DNA of 64,000 nucleotides from an uncultured Verrucomicrobiae bacterium. Lineage in GTDB: Bacteria; Verrucomicrobiota; Verrucomicrobiia; Chthoniobacterales; Chthoniobacteraceae. A program made the translations under genes and the position numbers. Positions 19,637 to 28,980 of this stretch are shown piece by piece. Below the pieces are notes generated by a model. The model did no database searches and was not told the origin of the DNA. It saw only the letters and a program-made list of their open reading frames with translations. Location: the NCBI GenBank assembly GCA_963828525.1, contig CAWHEP010000001.1, positions 64,001 to 128,000 of the forward strand. Direction: 5' to 3'. Numbering within the stretch: the first letter of the stretch is position 1; the number at the start of each line of letters is the position of its first letter.

Positions 19637-20520
19637 GAGCGGGTGATCTTGAGGAATTCCATTTCGAGGCTTTGACGTCTCACCACAAGGTGGTCCAGGG
19701 TAACGTCATGTTCGAATGCGAGGCGGTTGAGTTGCTCCGCCGTCGCTCCCGGCGCGAGCTCAAGACATAGGCGATTTTCCGCGCGAGTGATCTTTCGGAC
19801 GAGTGCCGAAGCAGAGAAGACTTCAAAGAGGGCGTCGATCTGGATCGCCCCAGCTTCGATGGTGGGCTGTTCGCTCAGAATTGCGCCAACTGACCCAACG
19901 GCAAGGAGTTTCCCTTCCTTGAGGATGGCGACGCTCGAGCAAATTTTCTCCACTTCATCCAAGAGGTGGCTGGCGAAGAGGATGGTTTTGCCTTGCGAGG
20001 CGATTTTCTTGATTATGTGGCGGACCTCGACCATTCCCTCCGGGTCCAGGCCGTTGGTAGGTTCGTCGAGGATGAGCACGTCCGGATCTCCAACCAAACA
20101 GGCGGCGAGGGCGAGGCGCTGTTTCATGCCAAGGGAATAGGTTTTGAAGGGGGATCGGCGCCGCTGCTTTAGTTGCACTAGATCAAGAAGCGCGTCGAGA
20201 TCGCGATGCGAGACCTGTTTGATAGCGGCAACCAGGGACAGATTCTGATCGGCGTTGAGATACGGATAGAAGTTTGGGGTTTCGAGAAGAGCGCCGATGC
20301 GGCGCCGGGGGTTGGAGCCTTCCTTGCCTTCGAACCACGTAAAACTTCCGCTTGTCGGGCGGAGAACATCCAGGAGTAGCGCGAGAAAAGTGGTTTTGCC
20401 GCTGCCATTCGGGCCTAGAAGGCCAAATACCTGTCCCGGTTCAATGGTTAGGTTCAACCCCTGGAGCGCGACTAAACGGCCGTAACTCTTGCCAAGATTG
20501 GTAACTGTGAGAACGGACAT
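19633..20520 (-). CDS. ABC transporter ATP-binding protein
   Basis: GPNGSGKT, YSLGMKQR, LILDEPTNGLD. Confidence 0.93.
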   Translation of the reverse strand: MSVLTVTNLGKSYGRLVALQGLNLTIEPGQVFGLLGPNGSGKTTFLALLLDVLRPTSGSFTWFEGKEGSNPRRRIGALLETPNFYPYLNADQNLSLVAAIKQVSHRDLDALLDLVQLKQRRRSPFKTYSLGMKQRLALAACLVGDPDVLILDEPTNGLDPEGMVEVRHIIKKIASQGKTILFASHLLDEVEKICSSVAILKEGKLLAVGSVGAILSEQPTIEAGAIQIDALFEVFSASALVRKITRAENRLCLELAPGATAEQLNRLAFEHDVTLDHLVVRRQSLEMEFLKITRS

Positions 20521-20624
20521 TGGAGGACTTTAAAGGGCTATGCGGCGGAGCAGGGGAAATTACGACCGAGTCTGGCCGCCACCCTAGAAAAGGCAAGGTC
20601 TGAGATACCCGCCGAACAGAACGA

Positions 20625-21236
20625 TTAACGTGACCGCCTTACAAGTCCAACCATGACGCCCTGAGATACAAGTTCCCGGGCAGGAACAAGATCGGGATAC
20701 TTCGGATTTTCCGCTTTCAAATAGGTTCTGGAGCCGTGGACCACAAACCGTTTGAGAGTCGTTTCTTCGTCGATGAGGGCTGCGACAACGTCGCCGTTTC
20801 GGGGTTCCCGATTCTCGAGAATGACGATGTCACCGTCGAGTATATGCGCCCCGATCATGGAGTCGCCTCGAACCCTCAGGGCGAACTTTGCTTGTGCGCC
20901 AGAGGAACTGACTGCCGAGGCGGCGATCGATATGAACCCTTCCTCCTGTTGTTCCGCATCGGCAGCCATGCCGGCCGCGATACGACCGTAGATGGGTATG
21001 TCGAGAATCTTCTCCCGCTTCAAAGCGGAAGAAATAGCTACAGCGCGCGCCTTGCCCGCCATCCGGAGAATAACGCCTTTACTTTCCAGAGCGCGAAGGT
21101 GATTCATTGCGGCCGTCTGGCTTGCGAACCCAAAATGTTCCTGAATCTCGCGAGTGGAAGGCATCACGCCGGTGGAAGCGGAACGCTCCTCCAAAAAATC
21201 CAGAACTGCTTGCTGACGGGAAGTAAGGTTGGACAA
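20625..21236 (-). CDS. lexA: SOS repressor LexA
   Basis: LTSRQ...PSTREI HTH, IAAG cleavage site, VRGDSM, TLKR; TTG 21236 preferred, ATG 21251 possible. Confidence 0.93.
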   Translation of the reverse strand: MSNLTSRQQAVLDFLEERSASTGVMPSTREIQEHFGFASQTAAMNHLRALESKGVILRMAGKARAVAISSALKREKILDIPIYGRIAAGMAADAEQQEEGFISIAASAVSSSGAQAKFALRVRGDSMIGAHILDGDIVILENREPRNGDVVAALIDEETTLKRFVVHGSRTYLKAENPKYPDLVPARELVSQGVMVGLVRRSR

Positions 21237-21250
21237 TGTTCTTATGAACA
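21237..21250. promoter_or_regulatory. LexA box TGTTC-N4-GAACA
   Basis: tgttc-ttat-gaaca abutting the lexA start and overlapping a putative -10; matches the motif described for Verrucomicrobia LexA. Confidence 0.85.
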
Positions 21251-21296
21251 TATGCAGACACGCAAGGTTGTAAACAGTTTTGTGCGTCTGTCAGCG

Positions 21297-22397
21297 TTAG
21301 ATCGTGGAGAAGCGGAGAGTGAGCTGATGTGCCGCATCCGGGCGTGCCACCGCGAAGCGGACGCCAAGCCCCATCAGGCGGATGCTTTTGGGGCTTCTTG
21401 AGAATCCTTCCTTCAAGAGCTGCCGATATTGTAGAAGATTCGGATAATCGCCAGCGCGCTCAACGGTGGTGCGTGAGAAATCCGCGAATTTCAGTTTCAG
21501 GAAAAGCTTGTGAATGGGAGGGCCATCCTCGCGACGATTGAGGTCACCGAGAAGTTCTTCAAAAATCTCGGTGAGGCGTTCCTCGCATTGTTCCAAAGTG
21601 GTGAGGTTGGTGTCGAACGTCCGCTCGGTTCCGAGGGATTTGCGCGCCCGCCGCGGCTCGACAGGGCGATGGTCGATGCCCCGGCAGAGGGCATGGAGTT
21701 CCAGTCCGAATTTCCCGAAAAGACGATGCAGCTCGATGGGTGAATATGCCTGCATCTGGCCGCACGTCTGGATGCCGTGCCTGCCCAGCTTGGCGGCGGA
21801 AACATGGCCAATCCCCCAAATCTTGCGGACTGGAAGATCTTGCATGAAAGGATGCACAGCTTCGGGAGGGACTTCGTATTGGCCGTTTGGCTTATTGAGG
21901 TCGCTGGCGATCTTCGCTACGAGCTTGTTAGGCGCAATGCCTGCGGACGCCGTGAGCCCGGTGGTTTCGTAGATACGTCCCCGGACTTCTGCCGCTATTG
22001 CGGCGCCGGGGTAGGGGAGATGGGACACATCGAGGTAGGCCTCGTCCAAAGACAACGGTTCGACGGCCTGGGTAAAATGAGAGAAGATGGCTCTGATTTT
22101 GCCAGATTCTGCCCGGTAGATATCGAACCTCGTGGGAAGGACAATCAGGTGAGGGCATTTCTGAAGGGCCATGAAAGTCGGCATGGCTGAGTGAACGCCA
22201 TACTTCCGCGCCTCGTAGTTGCAGGTGGTGAGAACTCCGCGCCGGTCACGCGACCCGCCCACAGCGACTGGCTTGCCCGCGAGGCTGGGTTGATCCCGCA
22301 CTTCGATGGCAGCGTAAAAGCAATCCATATCGAGGTGGATGATCTTGCGCGGAAGCGGGTGCTTTGGGTCCGCATGTAACACCGTCGCGGCGGGCAT
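21297..22397 (-). CDS. dinB: DNA polymerase IV
   Basis: HLDMDCFYAAIE, YEARKYGV, SLDEAYLD, ASDLNKPNG. Confidence 0.95.
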   Translation of the reverse strand: MPAATVLHADPKHPLPRKIIHLDMDCFYAAIEVRDQPSLAGKPVAVGGSRDRRGVLTTCNYEARKYGVHSAMPTFMALQKCPHLIVLPTRFDIYRAESGKIRAIFSHFTQAVEPLSLDEAYLDVSHLPYPGAAIAAEVRGRIYETTGLTASAGIAPNKLVAKIASDLNKPNGQYEVPPEAVHPFMQDLPVRKIWGIGHVSAAKLGRHGIQTCGQMQAYSPIELHRLFGKFGLELHALCRGIDHRPVEPRRARKSLGTERTFDTNLTTLEQCEERLTEIFEELLGDLNRREDGPPIHKLFLKLKFADFSRTTVERAGDYPNLLQYRQLLKEGFSRSPKSIRLMGLGVRFAVARPDAAHQLTLRFSTI

Positions 22398-22509
22398 GGC
22401 TTCTGAGAGTCTACGATGTGGCCGCAGTCCGCGCGAATCGAGGGATGAACACGAAAACTTTGTTTCGGCAGTGTTGCGTTTCTGGGGGGGAACCTCTATC
22501 TAAATCACG

Positions 22510-23307
22510 GTGTTTTCCCGGAAAATCGCAGTTCTCGTTTCGCTGTTCTTCCTCGCCTTCCTTTGCGATTCAGAGGCAAAGACGAAGCATCACAAGCCCC
22601 ATTCCACGCATACCAGCGCCCACGGCAGATCCAAGGGGCGCCATCACGCGTCGACTGGGCATTCGAGGGGAGGACATTCGCGACATCGTGGCCGTTCAAT
22701 CAGGGGGCCGTCATATAGAGTGGTATCCGGAACAAGCTATCGCGAAGTTTCGCGGGCGGTCGCGCGGCCCTTTTCGACCGTAGTGATTGACGCGGGCCAT
22801 GGCGGCCATGACGCGGGAGGCATACCCAGCAACCTTGTGCCTGAGAAGGGGGTGGCGCTGGATGTAGCCAGGAGATTGCAAGGCCGCCTGAGCCGCGCGG
22901 GGATACGCACGGTGATGACGCGAAGCGACGACACGTTCATTCCGCTGCCGGAGAGGGTCGCGATCGCGAACGCGCAAAGCGCGGCCGTTTTCGTGAGCAT
23001 CCACTTCAACGCCGGGTTGCGGCGCGAGGCGAGGGGTTTTGAGACGTATTACTCCTCGCCAGAAGGCATCCCCTTGGCCTCTGCCATCCAGCGGCACATG
23101 CTCAGCGTGGTGGCAACCGAGAACCGCGGGATCAAACCGGCGGGTTACTATGTGTTGCGCAAATCGAACATCATCGCGGTGCTTGCGGAGTGCGGATTTC
23201 TCACAAATCCGCAGGAGGCGCGCCTGGCCTTGAGCGCGAATTTCCGGGAGCGAATGGCTGAGGAGATTGGCGACGCGATCATCACGTATAAACGCTCGCT
23301 GGATTGA
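22510..23307 (+). CDS. N-acetylmuramoyl-L-alanine amidase (Amidase_3) with His/Arg/Ser-rich N-terminal linker
   Basis: Signal peptide; IDAGHGG, VSIHFN, LAECGF. Confidence 0.9.
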   Translation: MFSRKIAVLVSLFFLAFLCDSEAKTKHHKPHSTHTSAHGRSKGRHHASTGHSRGGHSRHRGRSIRGPSYRVVSGTSYREVSRAVARPFSTVVIDAGHGGHDAGGIPSNLVPEKGVALDVARRLQGRLSRAGIRTVMTRSDDTFIPLPERVAIANAQSAAVFVSIHFNAGLRREARGFETYYSSPEGIPLASAIQRHMLSVVATENRGIKPAGYYVLRKSNIIAVLAECGFLTNPQEARLALSANFRERMAEEIGDAIITYKRSLD

Positions 23308-23346
23308 GCAAAGGTTGCTAGAAAGCCCGAATAAAGAAGCGGCGAT

Positions 23347-23511
23347 TCAGGTCTTTTTCTTCGCCACTTTCATGTTATCCACCAGATTGGGGTAAGGCCG
23401 CCCGGCCTTTTTTGCGGAGGCTTTTGCTTTCTGCTTAGCGGCTGAGGAAAGTTTCGTGTGTGAGGCCTTCTTTGGCGCGGGTTTGTCCCATGGTGCTTTC
23501 GGCTTTGTCAT
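23347..23511 (-). CDS. 54-aa Lys-rich small protein
   Basis: MTKPKAPWDKPAPKKASHTKLSSAAKQKAKASAKKAGRPYPNLVDNMKVAKKKT*; starts 7 nt after the udgX-fusion stop; below ORF-track cutoff. Confidence 0.7.
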   Translation of the reverse strand: MTKPKAPWDKPAPKKASHTKLSSAAKQKAKASAKKAGRPYPNLVDNMKVAKKKT

Positions 23512-23518
23512 CTATTGT

Positions 23519-24934
23519 TTAACGCATCGCGGCAGCGACGAGACGCAAGTCAGCCACAAAATGCGTGTAGTCGCGCGCGCGTGTTTCTTCATCCGGGGCC
23601 CGCAGCAGCGAGGAGGGGTGCACGGTGATGAAAGTGAGATCGCAGAACTCCGAGGGCTTGAACTCGCCACGATCTCTGAGCACGCGAGCTTGCGGTCCAA
23701 AAACGGTCTGAGCGGCGGTGCTGCCGAGGCAGACAACCACCTTTGGCGCGATGATTCGCATCTCGGCTTCCAGCCAGGGGCGGCAGGCAGCGACTTCGCG
23801 CGAAGAGGGCTTCTTGTGCAAACGGCGCTTGCCGGAGGGTTCCCATTTGAAGTGCTTTACGGAGTTGGTGACGTAGGTTGTCTGGCGATCAATACCAGCC
23901 TCCTGGAGCGCCCGGTCCAGCAACTGTCCGGCCGGCCCAATGAAAGGGCGGCCGGCCATGTCCTCACTATCGCCAGGCTGTTCGCCGATGAAAACGAGCC
24001 TCGCGGTGGCGCTGCCTTCACCGAAAACAGTCTGCGTCGCCTGCCGGTAAAGGGGGCATGCAACGCAGCCTTTCGCCGCTTCGGCTACCGTCGATAGGTC
24101 GCCGGTCGGTGGAAGGGCAGCGGCAAATTCACCGCTGCCGGGGTGGTTCGCGCGGCTCCTTGCCATCATGGAGTCTACGCGGGAAGGAGCCCGGTTCAAG
24201 AGGGCTGGGATGACCGCCGCCTCGGGCAGGTTCTTCCAATACTTCCGTGGCATCTCCGCCTGCATGGCATGGATCTTCACGCGCGCGGGATTGAAGATAT
24301 GTGAATAGTAGCGTATCCAGAGCGCCTCGGTTGCGTCCTCGGTGGGAGCTTCGGAACGGCTGACGCCATCCGTAAAAGTGAGGTTCTTCCCATCCCAGTG
24401 GACACAACGTTCAGGAGTGAGAATAGACCAGCGCATGGAAGCGAAACGGTCTACGAAGAAGGGAGCGTTGCTTTCGACGATATGATGCTCCGGTTCGAAC
24501 CAGGCTACGTACCAGGTCGCTCCTTCGTGCTGAACAGCGCGGAATCGGACGAAAGCGCGCATTTTGTGAACGGCCAATCGCACGGCCTTGTCCATCCGCA
24601 TAAGACGATGGATGTCCGGATCGACAATAAGCTCCATGAGATGACGTTCGCCGTGTGTGATCCGCCATAATACCCGGTATAAAAGCGCCCAGCGTTCAGG
24701 ATCCGCGTGACAGGAGGCCCGTCTCGCGACCTCCAGAAAATCCTTTGGTACCTTCACCGGGCGCGCGGTCGCGGGCGGAGGCACGACAACTTCCTCCGCG
24801 ATGCCCAAGGACGGCTGCTGGGCGCATAGCTCCTGCCAAAGTATCTCCTGAGGCTCCCATTGGGCCTGAAGAGCGCGGCGAGCCGCTGTTTGCCAGGCCG
24901 CGAACGCCGGGGCAAACGTGATCTGTTGAAGCAT
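23519..24934 (-). CDS. DUF4130/TIGR03915 domain fused to UdgX-type uracil-DNA binding protein
   Basis: HKMRAFVRF, WFEPEHHI, MPRKYWKNLPE; CVACPL, GEQPGD, KRRLHKKP R-loop, HPSSLLR; ATG at 24934. Confidence 0.88.
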   Translation of the reverse strand: MLQQITFAPAFAAWQTAARRALQAQWEPQEILWQELCAQQPSLGIAEEVVVPPPATARPVKVPKDFLEVARRASCHADPERWALLYRVLWRITHGERHLMELIVDPDIHRLMRMDKAVRLAVHKMRAFVRFRAVQHEGATWYVAWFEPEHHIVESNAPFFVDRFASMRWSILTPERCVHWDGKNLTFTDGVSRSEAPTEDATEALWIRYYSHIFNPARVKIHAMQAEMPRKYWKNLPEAAVIPALLNRAPSRVDSMMARSRANHPGSGEFAAALPPTGDLSTVAEAAKGCVACPLYRQATQTVFGEGSATARLVFIGEQPGDSEDMAGRPFIGPAGQLLDRALQEAGIDRQTTYVTNSVKHFKWEPSGKRRLHKKPSSREVAACRPWLEAEMRIIAPKVVVCLGSTAAQTVFGPQARVLRDRGEFKPSEFCDLTFITVHPSSLLRAPDEETRARDYTHFVADLRLVAAAMR

Positions 24935-24960
24935 TGAGGGCAGCGCGAGTCGACGCGACT

Positions 24961-26208
24961 TTATAGCTGCCCGGAAAAGACGCTGGGATTGGGAGCGAAG
25001 AGTTCCAATTGCTTGCGCGGACGCGTACTTGTTGCCCACGAGATGCTGCCTACCTGCGCCGGATGGTGATCGGCAGCGATGATGAAAGGCATGATCTTGG
25101 TGAGAGGCGCCCGCAATCGCGTAAGGTCTTGCAGGGTTACCCGGTGCCAGCGCCGGATTTTAATGAGGCGGTCCACATTGCGAACGCCGAGACCCGGGAT
25201 TCGCAGGAGAGTTTCGCGACTGGCGGAATGGAGATCGATCGGGAACATCTCCGGGTGCCGCAACGCCCATGCGAGTTTTGGGTCGATGCCAAGCGGAAGG
25301 TCGGGTTCCTCCTCCGTTGTCAGTTCCTCCACCTTGAAACTGTAAAATCGGAGAAGCCAATCTGCCTGGTAAAGGCGGTGCTCACGCACGAGCGGTGGAG
25401 CGATGAGCGGGAGATTTTTGGAGGAGTGGGGGATGGGGCTGAAGGCGGAGTAATAGACGCGACGAAGCTTATGTTCGCCGTACAGTGACGAAGCCTGCGC
25501 GAGGATCTGTCGATCCGCGGTGGGTGTGGCGCCGACAATCATCTGGGTGCTCTGGCCGGCTGGGGAGAAAGGAGGCGCTTTGCGGCTTTCTCGCCGTTCG
25601 GCCTTGGCCTGCGTGATTCGATCCCGGATCTTGCCCATCGTCACTCGGATGCGCCCGAGATTTTTTTCCGGCGCCAATTTCTCCAGATCCTGCGGGGTTG
25701 GCAGCTCGACATTAATACTGATGCGGTCCGCCCAGCGCCCGGCTTCTGCGATGAGCTCCGCGGACGCCTCAGGAATGGTCTTGAGGTGGATGTAGCCTCG
25801 GAACTGGTGTGTCTCGCGCAGGGTTCGGGCAACCTTGACCACCTGCTCCATGGTATAGTCGGGATTGCGAATGATGCCCGAACTTAGGAATAGACCTTCT
25901 ATGTAGTTCCTTCGATAGAAGTCGAGGGTAAGATTTATCACCTCGTCTGGAGTAAAGCGGGCGCGCTGTACATCGCTGGAAACACGGTTAATGCAGTACT
26001 GGCAATCGTAGACGCAGAAATTGGTGAGCAGTATTTTCAGAAGGGACACGCATCGACCATCTGGCGTGTAACTGTGGCAAATGCCCGCGCCGGTTGTAGA
26101 GCCAATGCCGCCAGCCCGCGAATTCCGCTTGTTACTGCCGCTGCTGGCGCATGAGGCGTCGTATTTGGCAGCGTCCGCCAGAATAGCTAGTTTGGAAGCG
26201 ATATCCAT
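24961..26208 (-). CDS. Putative DNA modification/repair radical SAM protein (TIGR03916-like)
   Basis: KLAILADAAKYDASCASSG, GICHSYTPDGRC, CVYDCQYC, REHRLYQADWLLRFY, HhH tail. Confidence 0.9.
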   Translation of the reverse strand: MDIASKLAILADAAKYDASCASSGSNKRNSRAGGIGSTTGAGICHSYTPDGRCVSLLKILLTNFCVYDCQYCINRVSSDVQRARFTPDEVINLTLDFYRRNYIEGLFLSSGIIRNPDYTMEQVVKVARTLRETHQFRGYIHLKTIPEASAELIAEAGRWADRISINVELPTPQDLEKLAPEKNLGRIRVTMGKIRDRITQAKAERRESRKAPPFSPAGQSTQMIVGATPTADRQILAQASSLYGEHKLRRVYYSAFSPIPHSSKNLPLIAPPLVREHRLYQADWLLRFYSFKVEELTTEEEPDLPLGIDPKLAWALRHPEMFPIDLHSASRETLLRIPGLGVRNVDRLIKIRRWHRVTLQDLTRLRAPLTKIMPFIIAADHHPAQVGSISWATSTRPRKQLELFAPNPSVFSGQL

Positions 26209-26308
26209 TTAGAAAGCTACGAAGGTCGAAAACGAAAAGTTGCCAAGGATCGTATGGCATAGTCACACGAGGAGGCGTCTCCAATCGCAGAGCGCAGAGC
26301 GCCCGGCG

Positions 26309-27373
26309 TCATGCGGCTGTAGGAAACAGCGCTTCGACCGCTTTGAGAGCTTTTGCGTAGATGCGGTGTTTACCGCCTTGCGTGAGCTCCTGGTCGATGA
26401 GCGCGATCTTTTCCTCTTTGCCAGCAGGGAGAAGATAGTGTCGCTCGACAGCGTCGGGGAGGAAGAGATCGGCGTGAAAAAATTCAGAATCCGTCTCGCG
26501 CCCGAAGCGGAAGGAGGCATTGCCACAGTCGAGAACACAGTTGCTGATGGCGGGCCCTTCCTTTTCCAACAGCGTGACATTCACCTGTGCGCCGGCAACC
26601 GTTTGCAGGGTGTATTCGTTCCCGTCGATGTTGGAGAGTTTCCAGCCAAGCTGCGCCATAAGCCAGCCTATGAAGAGGACAGCCGTGGAGGTAAATCCTC
26701 GGCCGTGGGTGATCTCACATTTGGCGATCGAGTCAATGTAGGCAAGAGTCGACGGGTCATCAAAGAGTTGGGCGAGAGCCTGCCGGAGATAAAGGGCGCG
26801 AGTCCAGTTGAGATCGCAGAGGGTCAGGCGGGGGCCTGTCTTGGGAATGCAGTCTTCGAGATGGGTAAACTGGCTCTTCCAGTCGCTCCATGAAGCGCTG
26901 TCATAGATGAGGCGATCTACCCACGTGAGGAGTTGCTCATCCATGGGGTGATGGAATTCGCCCTGCCACCAGAGATAAAGCGGCAGGTCGGAGTCGAGGT
27001 GTGAGAAGATAATGTTTGGGAAGATGCTCTTTGCGTCTCCCTCCAGAAGAAACGAAATTTGCTCGCAACAGACTTGTTTGCCGCCCGCGCGGCTCATGTG
27101 ACAATGAGCGCTTATCCAGGCTTGCGCCCGATTGATCGTGGCGGCGGGATCAACAGCTATCACGATAGCCCTGCAGGCATGCTCGCGCGTGAACTCCGCG
27201 ACGAGTTGCGTATTGTCGACCATGGCAGATTCGCCCCGGCAATAGACCGCCAGATTCATGAGGGAAGCACGGGTGGAACTCCCATCCGCCTGCTCCCAGA
27301 GCTTTTTTAACTCCCTGTCAATCTGCCCGATCTCAACCGGCAAGCCGGGAGAAAAGGTGACGTCGCCAGCCAT
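26309..27373 (-). CDS. opcA: G6PDH assembly protein OpcA
   Basis: RASLMNL, CCEQI, DLPLYLWW, DLNWTR; follows zwf. Confidence 0.85.
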   Translation of the reverse strand: MAGDVTFSPGLPVEIGQIDRELKKLWEQADGSSTRASLMNLAVYCRGESAMVDNTQLVAEFTREHACRAIVIAVDPAATINRAQAWISAHCHMSRAGGKQVCCEQISFLLEGDAKSIFPNIIFSHLDSDLPLYLWWQGEFHHPMDEQLLTWVDRLIYDSASWSDWKSQFTHLEDCIPKTGPRLTLCDLNWTRALYLRQALAQLFDDPSTLAYIDSIAKCEITHGRGFTSTAVLFIGWLMAQLGWKLSNIDGNEYTLQTVAGAQVNVTLLEKEGPAISNCVLDCGNASFRFGRETDSEFFHADLFLPDAVERHYLLPAGKEEKIALIDQELTQGGKHRIYAKALKAVEALFPTAA

Positions 27374-27382
27374 TGTCGAGAC

Positions 27383-28927
27383 TTACAGCCTTCTCCAGGA
27401 GCGTCCATCCCGCTGCAGGAGGTCGTCTGCCGCCTGCGGTCCCCACGACCCGGCGGGGTAAGGATGGAGTTCGGGCGGCTGCTCGGACTTGTGCCAGGCG
27501 TCTTCGATGTGATCGATGAATTTCCATGCGTTTTCCACCTCATCGCGCCGGGCGAAAAGAGTGGCGTCGCCGCTCATGGCATCAAGAAGGAGCCTCTCAT
27601 AGGCTTCTGGACTGGCTTTTCCGAAGGAGGTTCCGTAGTGGAAATCCATCTTAACCGGCTCGATCCGAATGGCGGCTCCGGGTATCTTCGCCTCCATTCT
27701 CAACGATATCCCTTCATCGGGCTGGATGCGTATGACTAGCACATTCTGGTCAAGCCGGGTCTCGCCTTTGTTGAACAGCACACCAGGAGCGCTTTTGAAT
27801 TGCACAGCGATCTCAGTACTTGATTTTGGCAGACGTTTGCCCACTCGCACATAGAAGGGGATATCGGCCCAGCGCCAGTTATCCACCAGGAGCCGTAGCG
27901 CGACGAAGGTCTCTGTGTTCGATTGCGGACTCACGCGCTCCTCCTCTCGGTAACCAACGACGTTCTTGCCGTTCAGAGCGCCGGCGGCATACTGGCCCCG
28001 CACGACACTAGCCGCGACGTCAGCGCCGACAATCGGCCTGAGCGAACGGATGACTTTCACTTTCTCGTCTCGAACACTGTCCGCGGTAAGGTCAGTGGGA
28101 GGCTCCATGGCGACCAGGCAAAGCAGTTGCAGGAGATGATTCTGCACCATGTCGCGCAAGGCGCCGGCTCCCTCATAGTAGGGACCTCGGCCCTCCACAC
28201 CAAGCGGCTCGCTGGCGGTGATCTGGACGTGGTCGATATACCTGTGATTCCAGAGTGGTTCAAAGATCGCGTTCGCGAACCGGAGCACCATGATATTCTG
28301 GGCCGTCTCTTTGCCGAGAAAGTGGTCGATGCGGTAAGTGTCTTTTTCGGAGAAGGTTCCGCTGACAATTGAGTTGAGTTTTTTTGCGGAAGGCAAGTCG
28401 GTGCCAAACGGCTTTTCAACCACAATCCGCGCCCAGCTCCCTTCGCGCGCCTTGTTCAACCCGCTTGCCTTCAGCTGGACAAGAATGTCCTCGAACTGGC
28501 TAGGCGCCGCAGCGAGGTAGAACAGGCGGTTTCCCCGCGTCCCGCGTTCCGAATCGATCTTCGTCAGCCGTTCGGCCAGCGCCTTGTAACCCTCAGCATC
28601 GCCGAATTCGCTACGGTGATAATAGATGCCCTGCGAAAAATTCCCCCAGAGTTCATCGCGAACAGTCTGGCGGGAGAACTTCCTGACAGCGTCGCCGACT
28701 TCCTGACGAAACTCCTCGTCAGTCTTTTCCCTTCTGGCGAAACCAACAACGGTGAGATCCGATGGCAGATCGCCATCCGCGGCAATGTTATAAAGAGCAG
28801 GAATTAACTTTCTATGAGTGAGGTCCCCAGTTGCTCCGAATATGACGACCGTGCACGGCTGTGGCATGGAGCGGCTGGATAGACCCTCTCGCAGAGGATT
28901 CGTTCTGTCAGAAGATGGTGTGTTCAA
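27383..28927 (-). CDS. zwf: Glucose-6-phosphate 1-dehydrogenase
   Basis: GATGDLTHRKL, EKPFG, RIDHFLGKE, RDMVQNHL. Confidence 0.96.
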   Translation of the reverse strand: MNTPSSDRTNPLREGLSSRSMPQPCTVVIFGATGDLTHRKLIPALYNIAADGDLPSDLTVVGFARREKTDEEFRQEVGDAVRKFSRQTVRDELWGNFSQGIYYHRSEFGDAEGYKALAERLTKIDSERGTRGNRLFYLAAAPSQFEDILVQLKASGLNKAREGSWARIVVEKPFGTDLPSAKKLNSIVSGTFSEKDTYRIDHFLGKETAQNIMVLRFANAIFEPLWNHRYIDHVQITASEPLGVEGRGPYYEGAGALRDMVQNHLLQLLCLVAMEPPTDLTADSVRDEKVKVIRSLRPIVGADVAASVVRGQYAAGALNGKNVVGYREEERVSPQSNTETFVALRLLVDNWRWADIPFYVRVGKRLPKSSTEIAVQFKSAPGVLFNKGETRLDQNVLVIRIQPDEGISLRMEAKIPGAAIRIEPVKMDFHYGTSFGKASPEAYERLLLDAMSGDATLFARRDEVENAWKFIDHIEDAWHKSEQPPELHPYPAGSWGPQAADDLLQRDGRSWRRL

Positions 28928-28980
28928 TGCGACAGAAGGTTAGCGGCAACGGCGCGTGAGTGGAAGCGGGAAAGGTGTGA

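Noticed and set aside
22436..22452. LexA box upstream of dinB
   Set aside because: Only the GAACA half-site is present; the other half (tcgag) does not match.
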